53,627 nt of DNA from a virus (taxonomy: Duplodnaviria; Caudoviricetes), in IMG/VR virus record IMGVR_UViG_3300012984_000020, positions 1 to 53,627 of that record; one strand, given 5' to 3'. Under the pieces are notes generated by a model. That model was given only the letters and a program-made list of their open reading frames with translations. It made no database searches and was not told where the DNA came from. This document shows, piece after piece, positions 8,756-16,921 of this stretch. Position 1 is the stretch's first letter; each line of letters starts with the position of its first letter. Both the position numbers and the translations under genes were made by a program.

Positions 8756-9454
8756 ATGCCCAACAAATTCGTCGGCCACGGCCCGTATCACTACGCCAAG
8801 GGCGGAGAAGTTCGCCGCGAACTGAAGTTCATGGAGGACAAGGGTGCACCCAAGTCCATGATCGCGGCCGAGAAGAAGGAGCACGGCATCGGCAAGAAGT
8901 TCGCCGACGGCGGCGTCACCGAAGGCCCGAACGCCAACATTGACGACGACACCCGTGCACGCGCGATGGCGATGATCGAGGCACGGAACAAGCCCCCGCC
9001 CGAGCAGGCCCCGCCGGAAGCCGCTGCCCAGGCGCCGGCTCCGCGGCCGCGTCCCCGCCCTGCACGTCCGCCGCAGGCGTCCTATAGCAACGAGGGTCGC
9101 GGTGGCGCGCGCCCGGCACCGCAGACGCCGCCGATCACCCCCGAGCGCGCCGCGGCCGCCGAGGCGATCGCAAGCGCCATGTCGCCCGAGCGGGCGCAGA
9201 TGATGGCCGCGAAGCGGGCGCAGCAACAGAAGGTCATCGCCGAGGCCGCGCACATCGCAGCCATTCAGGACAGCATGCGCAAGGCCAACGCCGCACCAGC
9301 GGCTGCAGCTGCGCCGCAGGCCCGCCAGCAGCCCTACATGCCCGCCGCGCCGTCGAACCAGATTCCCGGCATGCGGCAGGCCCCGGGCATGGCCGCCGGC
9401 GGCAGCATCGACGGCTGCGCAACGCGCGGCAAGACGCGCGCCCGCAGGGGGTAG
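8756..9454 (+). CDS. Low-complexity putative internal virion protein with three [FYM]AxGG motifs
   Basis: YAKGG, FADGG and MAAGG; C-terminal 'GGSIDGCATRGKTR'; TAGGAG SD. Confidence 0.7.
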   Translation: MPNKFVGHGPYHYAKGGEVRRELKFMEDKGAPKSMIAAEKKEHGIGKKFADGGVTEGPNANIDDDTRARAMAMIEARNKPPPEQAPPEAAAQAPAPRPRPRPARPPQASYSNEGRGGARPAPQTPPITPERAAAAEAIASAMSPERAQMMAAKRAQQQKVIAEAAHIAAIQDSMRKANAAPAAAAAPQARQQPYMPAAPSNQIPGMRQAPGMAAGGSIDGCATRGKTRARRG

Positions 9455-9457
9455 GCC

Positions 9458-10135
9458 GTGGCGACTTCAGGCGCAGCGGACTTCAACCTCGAACTCCTCG
9501 ACATCATCGAAGAGGCGGGCGAGCGCTGTGGCGTCGAGATTCGTGCCGGCCATCAGGTCCGCACGGCCCGGCGCAGCCTGAACCTGCTGCTGATCGAGTG
9601 GGCCAACCGGGGCCTGAACCTGTGGACCCTGGAGAAGCACGAGATCACGCTGATCCCGGGCCAGGACACCTACCAGCTGCCGGCCGACACGGTCGATCTG
9701 CTGGAGACGGTGCTGCGCACCGGCACGGGTAGCAGTCAGACCGACATCACGTTGAACCGCATCAGCGCCTCGGTCTACACGACGATCCCGAACAAGACGA
9801 GCACGAGCCGGCCGTACCAGCTGTGGGTCGATCGGCAGATCACGCCGCGCGTGGTGCTGTGGCCGGTGCCGGACAACAGCACGCCGTACACGCTGGTGAC
9901 GTGGCGCCTGCGCCGCCTGCAGAACGCCGGCCAGGGCCTGAACACGCAGGACATCCCGTTCCGCTTCCTGCCCGCGCTGATCGCCGGGCTGGCGTACCAC
10001 ATGTCGCTGAAGTTCCCCGAGGGTCTGCCCCGGATGACGGCGCTGAAGGTGCAGTACGACGACGCCTGGGGGCTGGCAAGCGACGAGGACCGTGAGAAGG
10101 CGCCTGTGCGCTTCGTACCGAGGATTTGCTCGTGA
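9458..10135 (+). CDS. Head-tail adaptor (putative)
   Basis: 'DIIEEAGERCG...ARRSLNLLLIEWANRGLNLWT...LWPVPD...RFLPALIAGLAY' resembles podovirus adaptor proteins. Confidence 0.65.
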   Translation: MATSGAADFNLELLDIIEEAGERCGVEIRAGHQVRTARRSLNLLLIEWANRGLNLWTLEKHEITLIPGQDTYQLPADTVDLLETVLRTGTGSSQTDITLNRISASVYTTIPNKTSTSRPYQLWVDRQITPRVVLWPVPDNSTPYTLVTWRLRRLQNAGQGLNTQDIPFRFLPALIAGLAYHMSLKFPEGLPRMTALKVQYDDAWGLASDEDREKAPVRFVPRICS

Positions 10136-10431
10136 GCGGCCCCTACGCATCAGGCCGACGCGCGTGGGGCATCTGCGACCGCTGCGGCTTCCGCTACCGG
10201 CTGCGGCTGCTGAAGACCGAAACCGTGCGAGGCAGGCCCAACAACACGATGGTGTGCCCGACCTGCTGGGACAGCGATCACCCGCAGAATTGGCAGGGTG
10301 TGTACCCGATCTTCGATCCGCAGGCGCTGCGCAACCCGCGGCCGGACAATGCGCTCGCTGCATCGCGCGTGCTGAACCCCGACCCGGTGCCGAACCCTGT
10401 CCCGCCGATCACGGCGCCCGAGATTCCATAG
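10132..10431 (+). CDS. Small zinc-binding protein (CxxC...CxxC)
   Basis: GTGA overlap; 'ICDRCGFRY...VCPTCWD.HPQ...DPQALRNPRPD'. Confidence 0.7.
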   Translation: MSGPYASGRRAWGICDRCGFRYRLRLLKTETVRGRPNNTMVCPTCWDSDHPQNWQGVYPIFDPQALRNPRPDNALAASRVLNPDPVPNPVPPITAPEIP

Positions 10432-10440
10432 GAGCCCAGC

Positions 10441-10770
10441 ATGGCACTCACACGCGACAATCTGCCCAAGGAGATGACCCCGTTCGGCAAGGGCGCCAAG
10501 AAGGCCAAGCCCTTCGGCGGCGCGGCTCCGAAGGCCAACCCGTTCGCGGCCAAGGACGCTGCTGCAGCGCCGGCCAAGAAGGGCAAGAAGCCGTTCGGCT
10601 TCGCCGGTGGCGGCACCATTCCCGCCTTCGACACGCCCACGCACAAGGCTGCGATGGCGTCGAACCCGCCGACGAACAACCCTCTCGATGACGGCAAACC
10701 GTCGGGCGGCGGGCAGGCGCGCGGCGGTGGTGCGGCCACCAAGGGCAAGAAGTTCCGCGGGACGTTCTAA
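10441..10770 (+). CDS. Small basic putative internal virion protein
   Basis: Lys/Ala-rich with FAGGG and C-terminal 'RGGGAATKG'; TAGGAG SD. Confidence 0.65.
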   Translation: MALTRDNLPKEMTPFGKGAKKAKPFGGAAPKANPFAAKDAAAAPAKKGKKPFGFAGGGTIPAFDTPTHKAAMASNPPTNNPLDDGKPSGGGQARGGGAATKGKKFRGTF

Positions 10771-10773
10771 GTC

Positions 10774-11406
10774 ATGGACTACATCGAGCTTTGCGAGGGG
10801 GTGGTCAGCACGATCGGCAATGAGTTCGATCAGGCTGACCTCGATCGCTTCGCGCAGCAGGCCGAGCAGAAGATTTACAACGCCGTGCAGATTCCAGCGT
10901 TGCGCAAGAACATGACGAGCAACATCACGCCGGGCAGCCCGTATGTGACGCTGCCGCAGGACTTCCTCTACCCCTACTCGCTGGCCGTGATCGAGCCGAC
11001 GACGGGCGAGTACGTGTATCTGACCAACAAGGACGTGAACTACCTGCGGGAGATGTTCCCAGCGCCGCAGGACATGAATCGGCCGCGTGTGTATGCGCAG
11101 TTCGATGCCGATACGCTGATCGTGGCACCGTCGCCGGACCTCGCTTACAAGGTCGAGCTTCACTTCGGCTTCTACCCCGAGTCGATCGTCACGGCGGGCA
11201 CGACGTGGCTGAGCGAGAACTTCGACTCGACGCTGTTGAATGGCATGCTGGTCGAGGCCGCGCGCTTCATCAAGGAAGAGGCGGATGTGCTGGCGACTTA
11301 CAACACAATGTTCATTGATTCAATGTCGCTGCTCAAGCAGCTTGGTGACGGCAAGATGCGGCAGGACACCTTCCGCACCCCACAGGTAAAGGACACAGTG
11401 CGATGA
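10774..11406 (+). CDS. Tail tubular/adaptor protein (putative)
   Basis: 'AEQKIYN...LRKN...VAPSPD.AY.VELH...TTWLSEN...LLNGMLVEA'; position among connector genes. Confidence 0.6.
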   Translation: MDYIELCEGVVSTIGNEFDQADLDRFAQQAEQKIYNAVQIPALRKNMTSNITPGSPYVTLPQDFLYPYSLAVIEPTTGEYVYLTNKDVNYLREMFPAPQDMNRPRVYAQFDADTLIVAPSPDLAYKVELHFGFYPESIVTAGTTWLSENFDSTLLNGMLVEAARFIKEEADVLATYNTMFIDSMSLLKQLGDGKMRQDTFRTPQVKDTVR

Positions 11407-11981
11407 ACAAGTCAAAAGCTCAAGACCTCGTGTCTGCGTCGATGGTGATGGGCGCGCGCGACACGGAACTCGTTTCCGCGCAGGGCTACTACACGCTGGA
11501 GTGCTTCGACCGCGACGGCAACCACAAGTGGACGATCACCGAGGCGGCCAACCTCGTGGTGAACGGCGGCCTCAAGGATATGTGCGACAAGTACTTCCTC
11601 GGCGCGGCCTACACCGCGGCGTGGTTCTTGGGCCTGTACGGGCCGGCGGCCACGAACAACCCGGCGCCCGGCGATACGGCCAACGCGCACCCGGGCTGGG
11701 TCGAGGTCACGCCCTACAGCAATGCCACACGGCCGGCTGTGGTGTTCACGCCGGCGTCGAACGGGAACCCCGCGATCATCTCGAATGTCGCCTCGCCGGC
11801 GGTGTTCAACATCGACAACATCGGCGTCGTCGGCGGCGCGTTCCTGATCTCGAACAACGCCAAGGGCGGCGTGGCCGGTGTACTGTTCTCGGCGGCCGAT
11901 CTGCAGGCTCCGGGCGACCGTGGTGTGGCCGGCGGCGACATCATCAACGGCACGTACCGCTTCGAGCTTTCGGCGATCTAA
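11403..11981 (+). CDS. Tail-associated structural protein
   Basis: ATGA overlap; 'NLVVNGG...WFLGL...GAFL...GVLFSA'; beta-rich. Confidence 0.6.
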   Translation: MNKSKAQDLVSASMVMGARDTELVSAQGYYTLECFDRDGNHKWTITEAANLVVNGGLKDMCDKYFLGAAYTAAWFLGLYGPAATNNPAPGDTANAHPGWVEVTPYSNATRPAVVFTPASNGNPAIISNVASPAVFNIDNIGVVGGAFLISNNAKGGVAGVLFSAADLQAPGDRGVAGGDIINGTYRFELSAI

Positions 11982-11991
11982 GCGAGACATC

Positions 11992-12672
11992 ATGGCATGG
12001 GGATCAGGCGGCTGGGGATCGGGACCGTGGAGCACTGAGATATGCGCCGTGGTCGAGACCGCGGGCGCCCGAGATGTCCCCAGCGCCATCCCTGAGTATC
12101 CGGCGCTCGTCGTCGAGCAGGCCGGCGCGCACGATGTCCCCGCCATCACGCTGTCGATGCCGGTGGGTGTGGTCGAGGCGGCAGCTGCGCACGATCTGGC
12201 GCCGGGCTTCGGCGGCATCGCCACCTTCATCCTGACCGAGCGCGCGGGTATCACCGACGAGCTTGGTGTGATCCAGTTCGGCGGGGTGGACATTCTTGAG
12301 CACGTCGGCATCCACGACCAACTTATCGGCCTGCCGGTGTTCCTGGGCGCGGTCATCGAGAAGGCCGGCGCGCATGAGACGCTGGGCTTCATCGGCACCT
12401 ACCTCGTGAACGTCATCGAGCACGTCGGCGCGAGAGACACACCGGGGCTCGCAGCCAGCACGTTCAGCTTCGGCCTCACCGAGCGCGCGACGGCACACGA
12501 CATGCCGCGCGTGGGGGTCGAGACAGGTGTCTTGGTCATCGAGCGGGCCGGCGCGCATGATGCGGGATCGGCCCTGACCGACCTGTGGGTGCCGGTGGAC
12601 GACAGCGCGCCGGGCATCTGGGTGCCGGTCAACGACAATCCGACGAGCCCCTGGCTGCCGGTCACACCTTGA
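11992..12672 (+). CDS. Repeat-containing structural protein (about 19-aa E-x-A-G-A-H-D repeats)
   Basis: N-terminal 'WGSGGWGSGPW', nine spaced repeats, C-terminal 'WVPV' repeats. Confidence 0.65.
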   Translation: MAWGSGGWGSGPWSTEICAVVETAGARDVPSAIPEYPALVVEQAGAHDVPAITLSMPVGVVEAAAAHDLAPGFGGIATFILTERAGITDELGVIQFGGVDILEHVGIHDQLIGLPVFLGAVIEKAGAHETLGFIGTYLVNVIEHVGARDTPGLAASTFSFGLTERATAHDMPRVGVETGVLVIERAGAHDAGSALTDLWVPVDDSAPGIWVPVNDNPTSPWLPVTP

Positions 12673-12684
12673 GGAGCACACAAC

Positions 12685-14886
12685 ATGCCCAGTTCATACA
12701 CCCCCCTCCTGCGCCTCACGCTGCCCGCTGACGGCGAGCTTGTCGGCACCTGGGGGCAGACGGTCAATAACGGCATCACGTCGCTGGAAGAGGCTGCCAT
12801 CGCGGGCACCGCCAACGTGGCGCTGGTCGATGCCGACTATGTGATGTCCGTCGCCAACGGTGCGGCCGACGTGGCGCGCAACGCGGTGGTGCGCTTCACC
12901 GGCGCACTCACGGCCCAGCGCAACATCACCGTGCCGTCGAGTAGCAAGACCTACATCATCCGCAACAACACCACGGGTGGGTTCGGTCTGCAGGTCAAGA
13001 CCGCGGCCGGCACAGGCGTGGTCGTGCCGGCCGGCAGCTCGATGCTGCTCTACTGCGACGGTGCCAACGTCATGCAGGCGGTGGACTCCAGCGGCACGCA
13101 GAAATTCGCCGACGGCACTGCGGCCTTGCCGGGTATCGCGTTCGCCGCGCAGCCGAACCTGGGCCTGTTCCGGCCGGGGGCGGATGTGTTGGGGTTCAGC
13201 ACGGCCGGCACCGAGCGCATGCGGATCGACGCAGGCGGCGATGTTGGCATTAGCGCAATACCATCAAGCCTTGGTGGAAATATCACAACGCTTTCAATTC
13301 GTGGGAAAGCCAACGCACGCGGCGGCGGCATTCGCCTGCCGACCTTGGACGGCTCGCAAGAGGGCACTATTTATCAGGCCGATGGGCTACTTACGCTCGG
13401 CACAATATCTGCGCACCCGATCCAATTAATTAGCGGTAATGTAGAGCGCATGCGGGTTGATACGGCAGGCAATGTCGGTATCGGGACTACCGTCCCGTCC
13501 GCAATTGCGGCATCGCGTCTTCTGCAAATCGTTCCGCCAGATTACACAACGCAAGACGCAGAAGCGCAGATTTTTGCAGCCGGCGCATGGTTTCGTGCCA
13601 ACTCAAGCAGCAACAGTGGCGGCGGCTACGGCGGTTTTCAGTTTTACCAAAATAGCGTCAAGCGTTTCGGTATTGTTGCCCTCGGTGCGGGTGTAGACAC
13701 CATGCTGTTTACAATCGGTAGCGCCGGTACTGAGCGTATGCGGATCGATGCGGCCGGGAAGGTCGGTATCGGGACGACTACCCCCGATTGCCTACTGCAA
13801 GTTATGGCTGCTGGCGTGGCAATTCCTGCCGCTACCCGGGTGCTACGAGCCCACATTGGCGGTGCGTCTACTTGGGGCGCAAATGGCCGTGAAGAAATTG
13901 GTATCGGCTATTCAGGTATCGGCTCAGAGTTTATGGGCGCTGATAACTGGGATACGGTCTTTACGGCCGGCACTTCTACGCAGTTCACAAATGGTATACA
14001 ACCGATTCAGTTGCGGCTTACATCAGTCGGTAATTTGGTTCAAGGTGGTGTCGGTTCTAGCTGGTGGGGTGGCCGCAAAGGTATTCAGCTCGTCGGTAGT
14101 AACGGTAATGGCGATGCGTCGTTTGTATGCTCCCCGGGCACCATCAACTATATGGCGCTTGGATCGAACTACTACTTCGATCCTGCTGTATCGACAAGGT
14201 ATGTCGGAGGGGGTACGGCAACACGTTATGAGCAAGGTAATGGTGTACACAGCTGGAGTACGGCCCCTGGCGGCACGCCTGACGCTCCGTTGACATTTGC
14301 CGAGTCAATGCGCATTGATTCCACTGGTAGGTTGCTTCTTGGCACTACGACTAGCCCAGGCAATTTTAAGATGGATATAGCGCACGATGGGGGCGGATCA
14401 AACGGTGTGGCTATTAGGGATACCGGCGGTGTTGGCTCACCAACTTCGCTCAGCATACTTACGCGCATTTCAGACGCTGGTACTGCGGTAGCCATAGATG
14501 CAGCTGGTACTGGACAAGTGTTCAAGATACAGCGTAACGGCAATGTCTTTAACCTTAATAACGCGTATGGATCGTTGTCGGATGTGAAGCTGAAAGAGAA
14601 CATCACTGATGCCACACCAAAACTTGATACTTTGAGTTTGGTGCGCGTCGTCAACTACAACTTAAAAGCAGATGCAGACAAAGCAAAACAAATCGGCATG
14701 ATTGCACAAGAGCTGGAATTGCTATTTCCAGGGCTCGTCGAGGAAGTGCCTGACGTTGAGCTTGTAGATGGTGAGCGCGTACTGCTCGGGACGGCTACAA
14801 AGGCCATCAAGTACAGCGTATTCATTCCGATTTTGGTTAAGGCTGTACAGGAACTTGCTGCTCGCGTGGCCCAACTGGAGCACTGA
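12685..14886 (+). CDS. Tail fibre/receptor-binding protein with C-terminal intramolecular chaperone (peptidase S74-like)
   Basis: N-terminal anchor 'GELVGTWGQTVN'; repeated 'ERMRID..G.VGIGT' units; C-terminal 'SDVKLKENI...IGMIAQE...LVKAVQEL'. Confidence 0.88.
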   Translation: MPSSYTPLLRLTLPADGELVGTWGQTVNNGITSLEEAAIAGTANVALVDADYVMSVANGAADVARNAVVRFTGALTAQRNITVPSSSKTYIIRNNTTGGFGLQVKTAAGTGVVVPAGSSMLLYCDGANVMQAVDSSGTQKFADGTAALPGIAFAAQPNLGLFRPGADVLGFSTAGTERMRIDAGGDVGISAIPSSLGGNITTLSIRGKANARGGGIRLPTLDGSQEGTIYQADGLLTLGTISAHPIQLISGNVERMRVDTAGNVGIGTTVPSAIAASRLLQIVPPDYTTQDAEAQIFAAGAWFRANSSSNSGGGYGGFQFYQNSVKRFGIVALGAGVDTMLFTIGSAGTERMRIDAAGKVGIGTTTPDCLLQVMAAGVAIPAATRVLRAHIGGASTWGANGREEIGIGYSGIGSEFMGADNWDTVFTAGTSTQFTNGIQPIQLRLTSVGNLVQGGVGSSWWGGRKGIQLVGSNGNGDASFVCSPGTINYMALGSNYYFDPAVSTRYVGGGTATRYEQGNGVHSWSTAPGGTPDAPLTFAESMRIDSTGRLLLGTTTSPGNFKMDIAHDGGGSNGVAIRDTGGVGSPTSLSILTRISDAGTAVAIDAAGTGQVFKIQRNGNVFNLNNAYGSLSDVKLKENITDATPKLDTLSLVRVVNYNLKADADKAKQIGMIAQELELLFPGLVEEVPDVELVDGERVLLGTATKAIKYSVFIPILVKAVQELAARVAQLEH

Positions 14887-14887
14887 C

Positions 14888-15268
14888 ATGCCCGCAAAGT
14901 CCAAAGCACAGGCGCGGCTGATGCAGGCCGTTGCCCATAACCCTGAGTTCGCCAAGAAGGTGGGTATCTCGCAGAAGGTCGGCCGCGAGTTTGCGGCCGC
15001 CGAGGGCGGCGAGGTGCCGACGGAGAACATCTTCAAACGCTACGAGAACCGGCAGCGCGAAGCCATCGACGCGCAGACAGCTGGCAAATCCTCGGAATCG
15101 AATCCTATGGTGCCGCGCACGCTGAGCCGGGGCGATGCGCCTTCGGCGGCCGAGCGGGCGAAGTCCGAGGCGGGGCTCGCGGCCGTGCTGAAAAAGCGCG
15201 GCTTTGCCGGTGGCGGAAGTATCGATGGCTGCGCTTCGCGCGGCAAAACGCGCGCACAGCGCAGATAG
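14888..15268 (+). CDS. Small putative internal virion protein
   Basis: 'MPAKSKAQARLMQAVAHNPEFAKKVGI'; ends in 'FAGGGSIDGCASRGKTR'. Confidence 0.7.
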   Translation: MPAKSKAQARLMQAVAHNPEFAKKVGISQKVGREFAAAEGGEVPTENIFKRYENRQREAIDAQTAGKSSESNPMVPRTLSRGDAPSAAERAKSEAGLAAVLKKRGFAGGGSIDGCASRGKTRAQRR

Positions 15269-15277
15269 GAACCCACC

Positions 15278-15475
15278 ATGAACCTCATCAACCTGCTTGT
15301 CACGATCATCGTCATAGCGCTGATATTCGGCCTTGTCTGGTGGGTGCTGGGGCAGATGCCTTTGCCCGAACCGTTCCGCATGGTCATCAACGTCGTGCTG
15401 GGCCTGATCTGCATCCTCGTGCTGCTCGGGCTGGTATTTGGCGGTATCAACCTCCCCTCAATCAACCTGCGCTGA
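15278..15475 (+). CDS. Two-TM small membrane protein (Thivi_2564-like; holin candidate)
   Basis: Two hydrophobic helices joined by 'QMPLPEPF'. Confidence 0.65.
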   Translation: MNLINLLVTIIVIALIFGLVWWVLGQMPLPEPFRMVINVVLGLICILVLLGLVFGGINLPSINLR

Positions 15476-15486
15476 AAGGTCACATC

Positions 15487-15825
15487 ATGGAATATCGGAT
15501 CGTGCATTTGAAGGCATCGCGTGCCACCGGCCAAGTCATCGAGGCCCACTGGACGCTGACGCACGAGGAGAACGGCTTCGTCGCATCGCGCTATGGCTCT
15601 GTGCCGATCACGCCGGAGCCGACGCCGCTGCTGTACGCCGGCCTCGATGAAGGCGTTGCCATCGAGCGTGTCAAGGACGCGCTGGGCGAGGACACAATCA
15701 ACGCGATGGAAGAGGCCCTGGTTGCCGAGGTCGCGCGCCTGCAGAATCCCACGACGATCGAGGGTCTGCCTTGGGCTCCTCCGCCGCCCCCGGCGCCTGC
15801 TCCCGAGCCAGCCCCGGCGCCATAA
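15487..15825 (+). CDS. Tail-fibre-associated protein (putative)
   Basis: 'VIEAHWTL...YGSV...VKDALG...GLPW'; located near the fibre gene. Confidence 0.55.
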   Translation: MEYRIVHLKASRATGQVIEAHWTLTHEENGFVASRYGSVPITPEPTPLLYAGLDEGVAIERVKDALGEDTINAMEEALVAEVARLQNPTTIEGLPWAPPPPPAPAPEPAPAP

Positions 15826-15870
15826 TCCCTCGGCGCACATTGCGCAACCCACCCACAACGGAGCCATCTG

Positions 15871-16131
15871 ATGCTTACCTTCACCGTCACCGAACAACAA
15901 GCCGACCAAATCCTGAACGCGCTCGGCCAGCGCCCCTACATCGAGTCCGTCGGCCTGATTGGCGTGCTGATGCAGCAGGCGCAGGAGCAACAGCAGGCGA
16001 ACCAGCAGCAGGCCCAGCAAGCGAAGACCCGGGTGATCGATCGGCCGGTTGATGCTGCCGAGTCGAATCGCGTCGGCGAGGCCATCGGCAATGTGCCGCA
16101 GGCCGTCAACGGCTTGGATCAGCACGCCTAG
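15871..16131 (+). CDS. Hypothetical protein
   Basis: 'ILNALGQRPYIE...LI' motif; GGAG SD. Confidence 0.55.
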   Translation: MLTFTVTEQQADQILNALGQRPYIESVGLIGVLMQQAQEQQQANQQQAQQAKTRVIDRPVDAAESNRVGEAIGNVPQAVNGLDQHA

Positions 16132-16140
16132 GAGCCCATC

Positions 16141-16734
16141 ATGGCCGCAACGCACTACTCGGGTCCACTCATCGTCGGCGGCAAGCAACTCGCCACGGTG
16201 GACCCGTTGACGGGCGTTGCGTCATGGTTGGCCGTTGAGGGCGAGTACCGCTCCCTCGTGCTACAGACCGGCGGGCCGGCGGCGGATGTGCCGCGCAACG
16301 TGACCTACGGCGCCGGCGGCGTGTCCAGCACGGGCATCGTCAGCGTGGCGGCCACGGGCGAGATCGACATCCTGAAGGCCGCGGCGATCATGTTCAAGAC
16401 GCGGTTGCGCGCCGGCCGCATCGGCGCGGCCGGTGTCTCGATCCTCATCATCTGGGGTGAGGTGTCCACCGACGGCGGTGTCATCTGGACGCCACTGCCC
16501 AACGTGTCTTCCATCAATCTCAGCGTGGCGACCGACACGATCACGTTCGCCGACATCGTGCCGTTGACGGTGCTGCCCGGCTACAAGTTCCGCATCCGCT
16601 TCGCGCGGTCGAGCCTGGGCGACAACTCGGGCGATCTGACGCCACAGGCACAGCCTGCGGGCCTGAATTTCATCGGGGCCGTACCCAGCGCCTACATGTC
16701 CATTTATCGCTTCACATCGCCGCCAACGCCATGA
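16141..16734 (+). CDS. Putative virion decoration protein with a 'THYSGP' N-terminus
   Basis: TAGGAG SD; N-terminus MAATHYSGPL; beta-rich C-terminal domain. Confidence 0.55.
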   Translation: MAATHYSGPLIVGGKQLATVDPLTGVASWLAVEGEYRSLVLQTGGPAADVPRNVTYGAGGVSSTGIVSVAATGEIDILKAAAIMFKTRLRAGRIGAAGVSILIIWGEVSTDGGVIWTPLPNVSSINLSVATDTITFADIVPLTVLPGYKFRIRFARSSLGDNSGDLTPQAQPAGLNFIGAVPSAYMSIYRFTSPPTP

Positions 16735-16913
16735 ATCGCCATCTGCCCGCGGTCATCGCGGCGCTCGTCACGAGTGCCGTGATCGCGGGTGCCGCCTTCA
16801 TGTACGAGGGCCGGCATGTGCGCGCTGTGGTGACGACCAAGCTGGAGGTGATGGAAGCAGCTGTCAAGGCGCTTGAAGAGCGGGTACTTGCGCTCGAACG
16901 CGCAAAGAAGTAG
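16731..16913 (+). CDS. Small single-TM coiled-coil protein (lysis-related candidate)
   Basis: ATGA overlap; N-terminal hydrophobic helix followed by a heptad coil. Confidence 0.5.
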   Translation: MNRHLPAVIAALVTSAVIAGAAFMYEGRHVRAVVTTKLEVMEAAVKALEERVLALERAKK

Positions 16914-16921
16914 GAGCCCCC

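Noticed and set aside
12685-14886. Diversity-generating retroelement or invertible tail-fibre cassette
   Set aside because: No reverse transcriptase, template repeat, invertase or flanking inverted repeats were seen.
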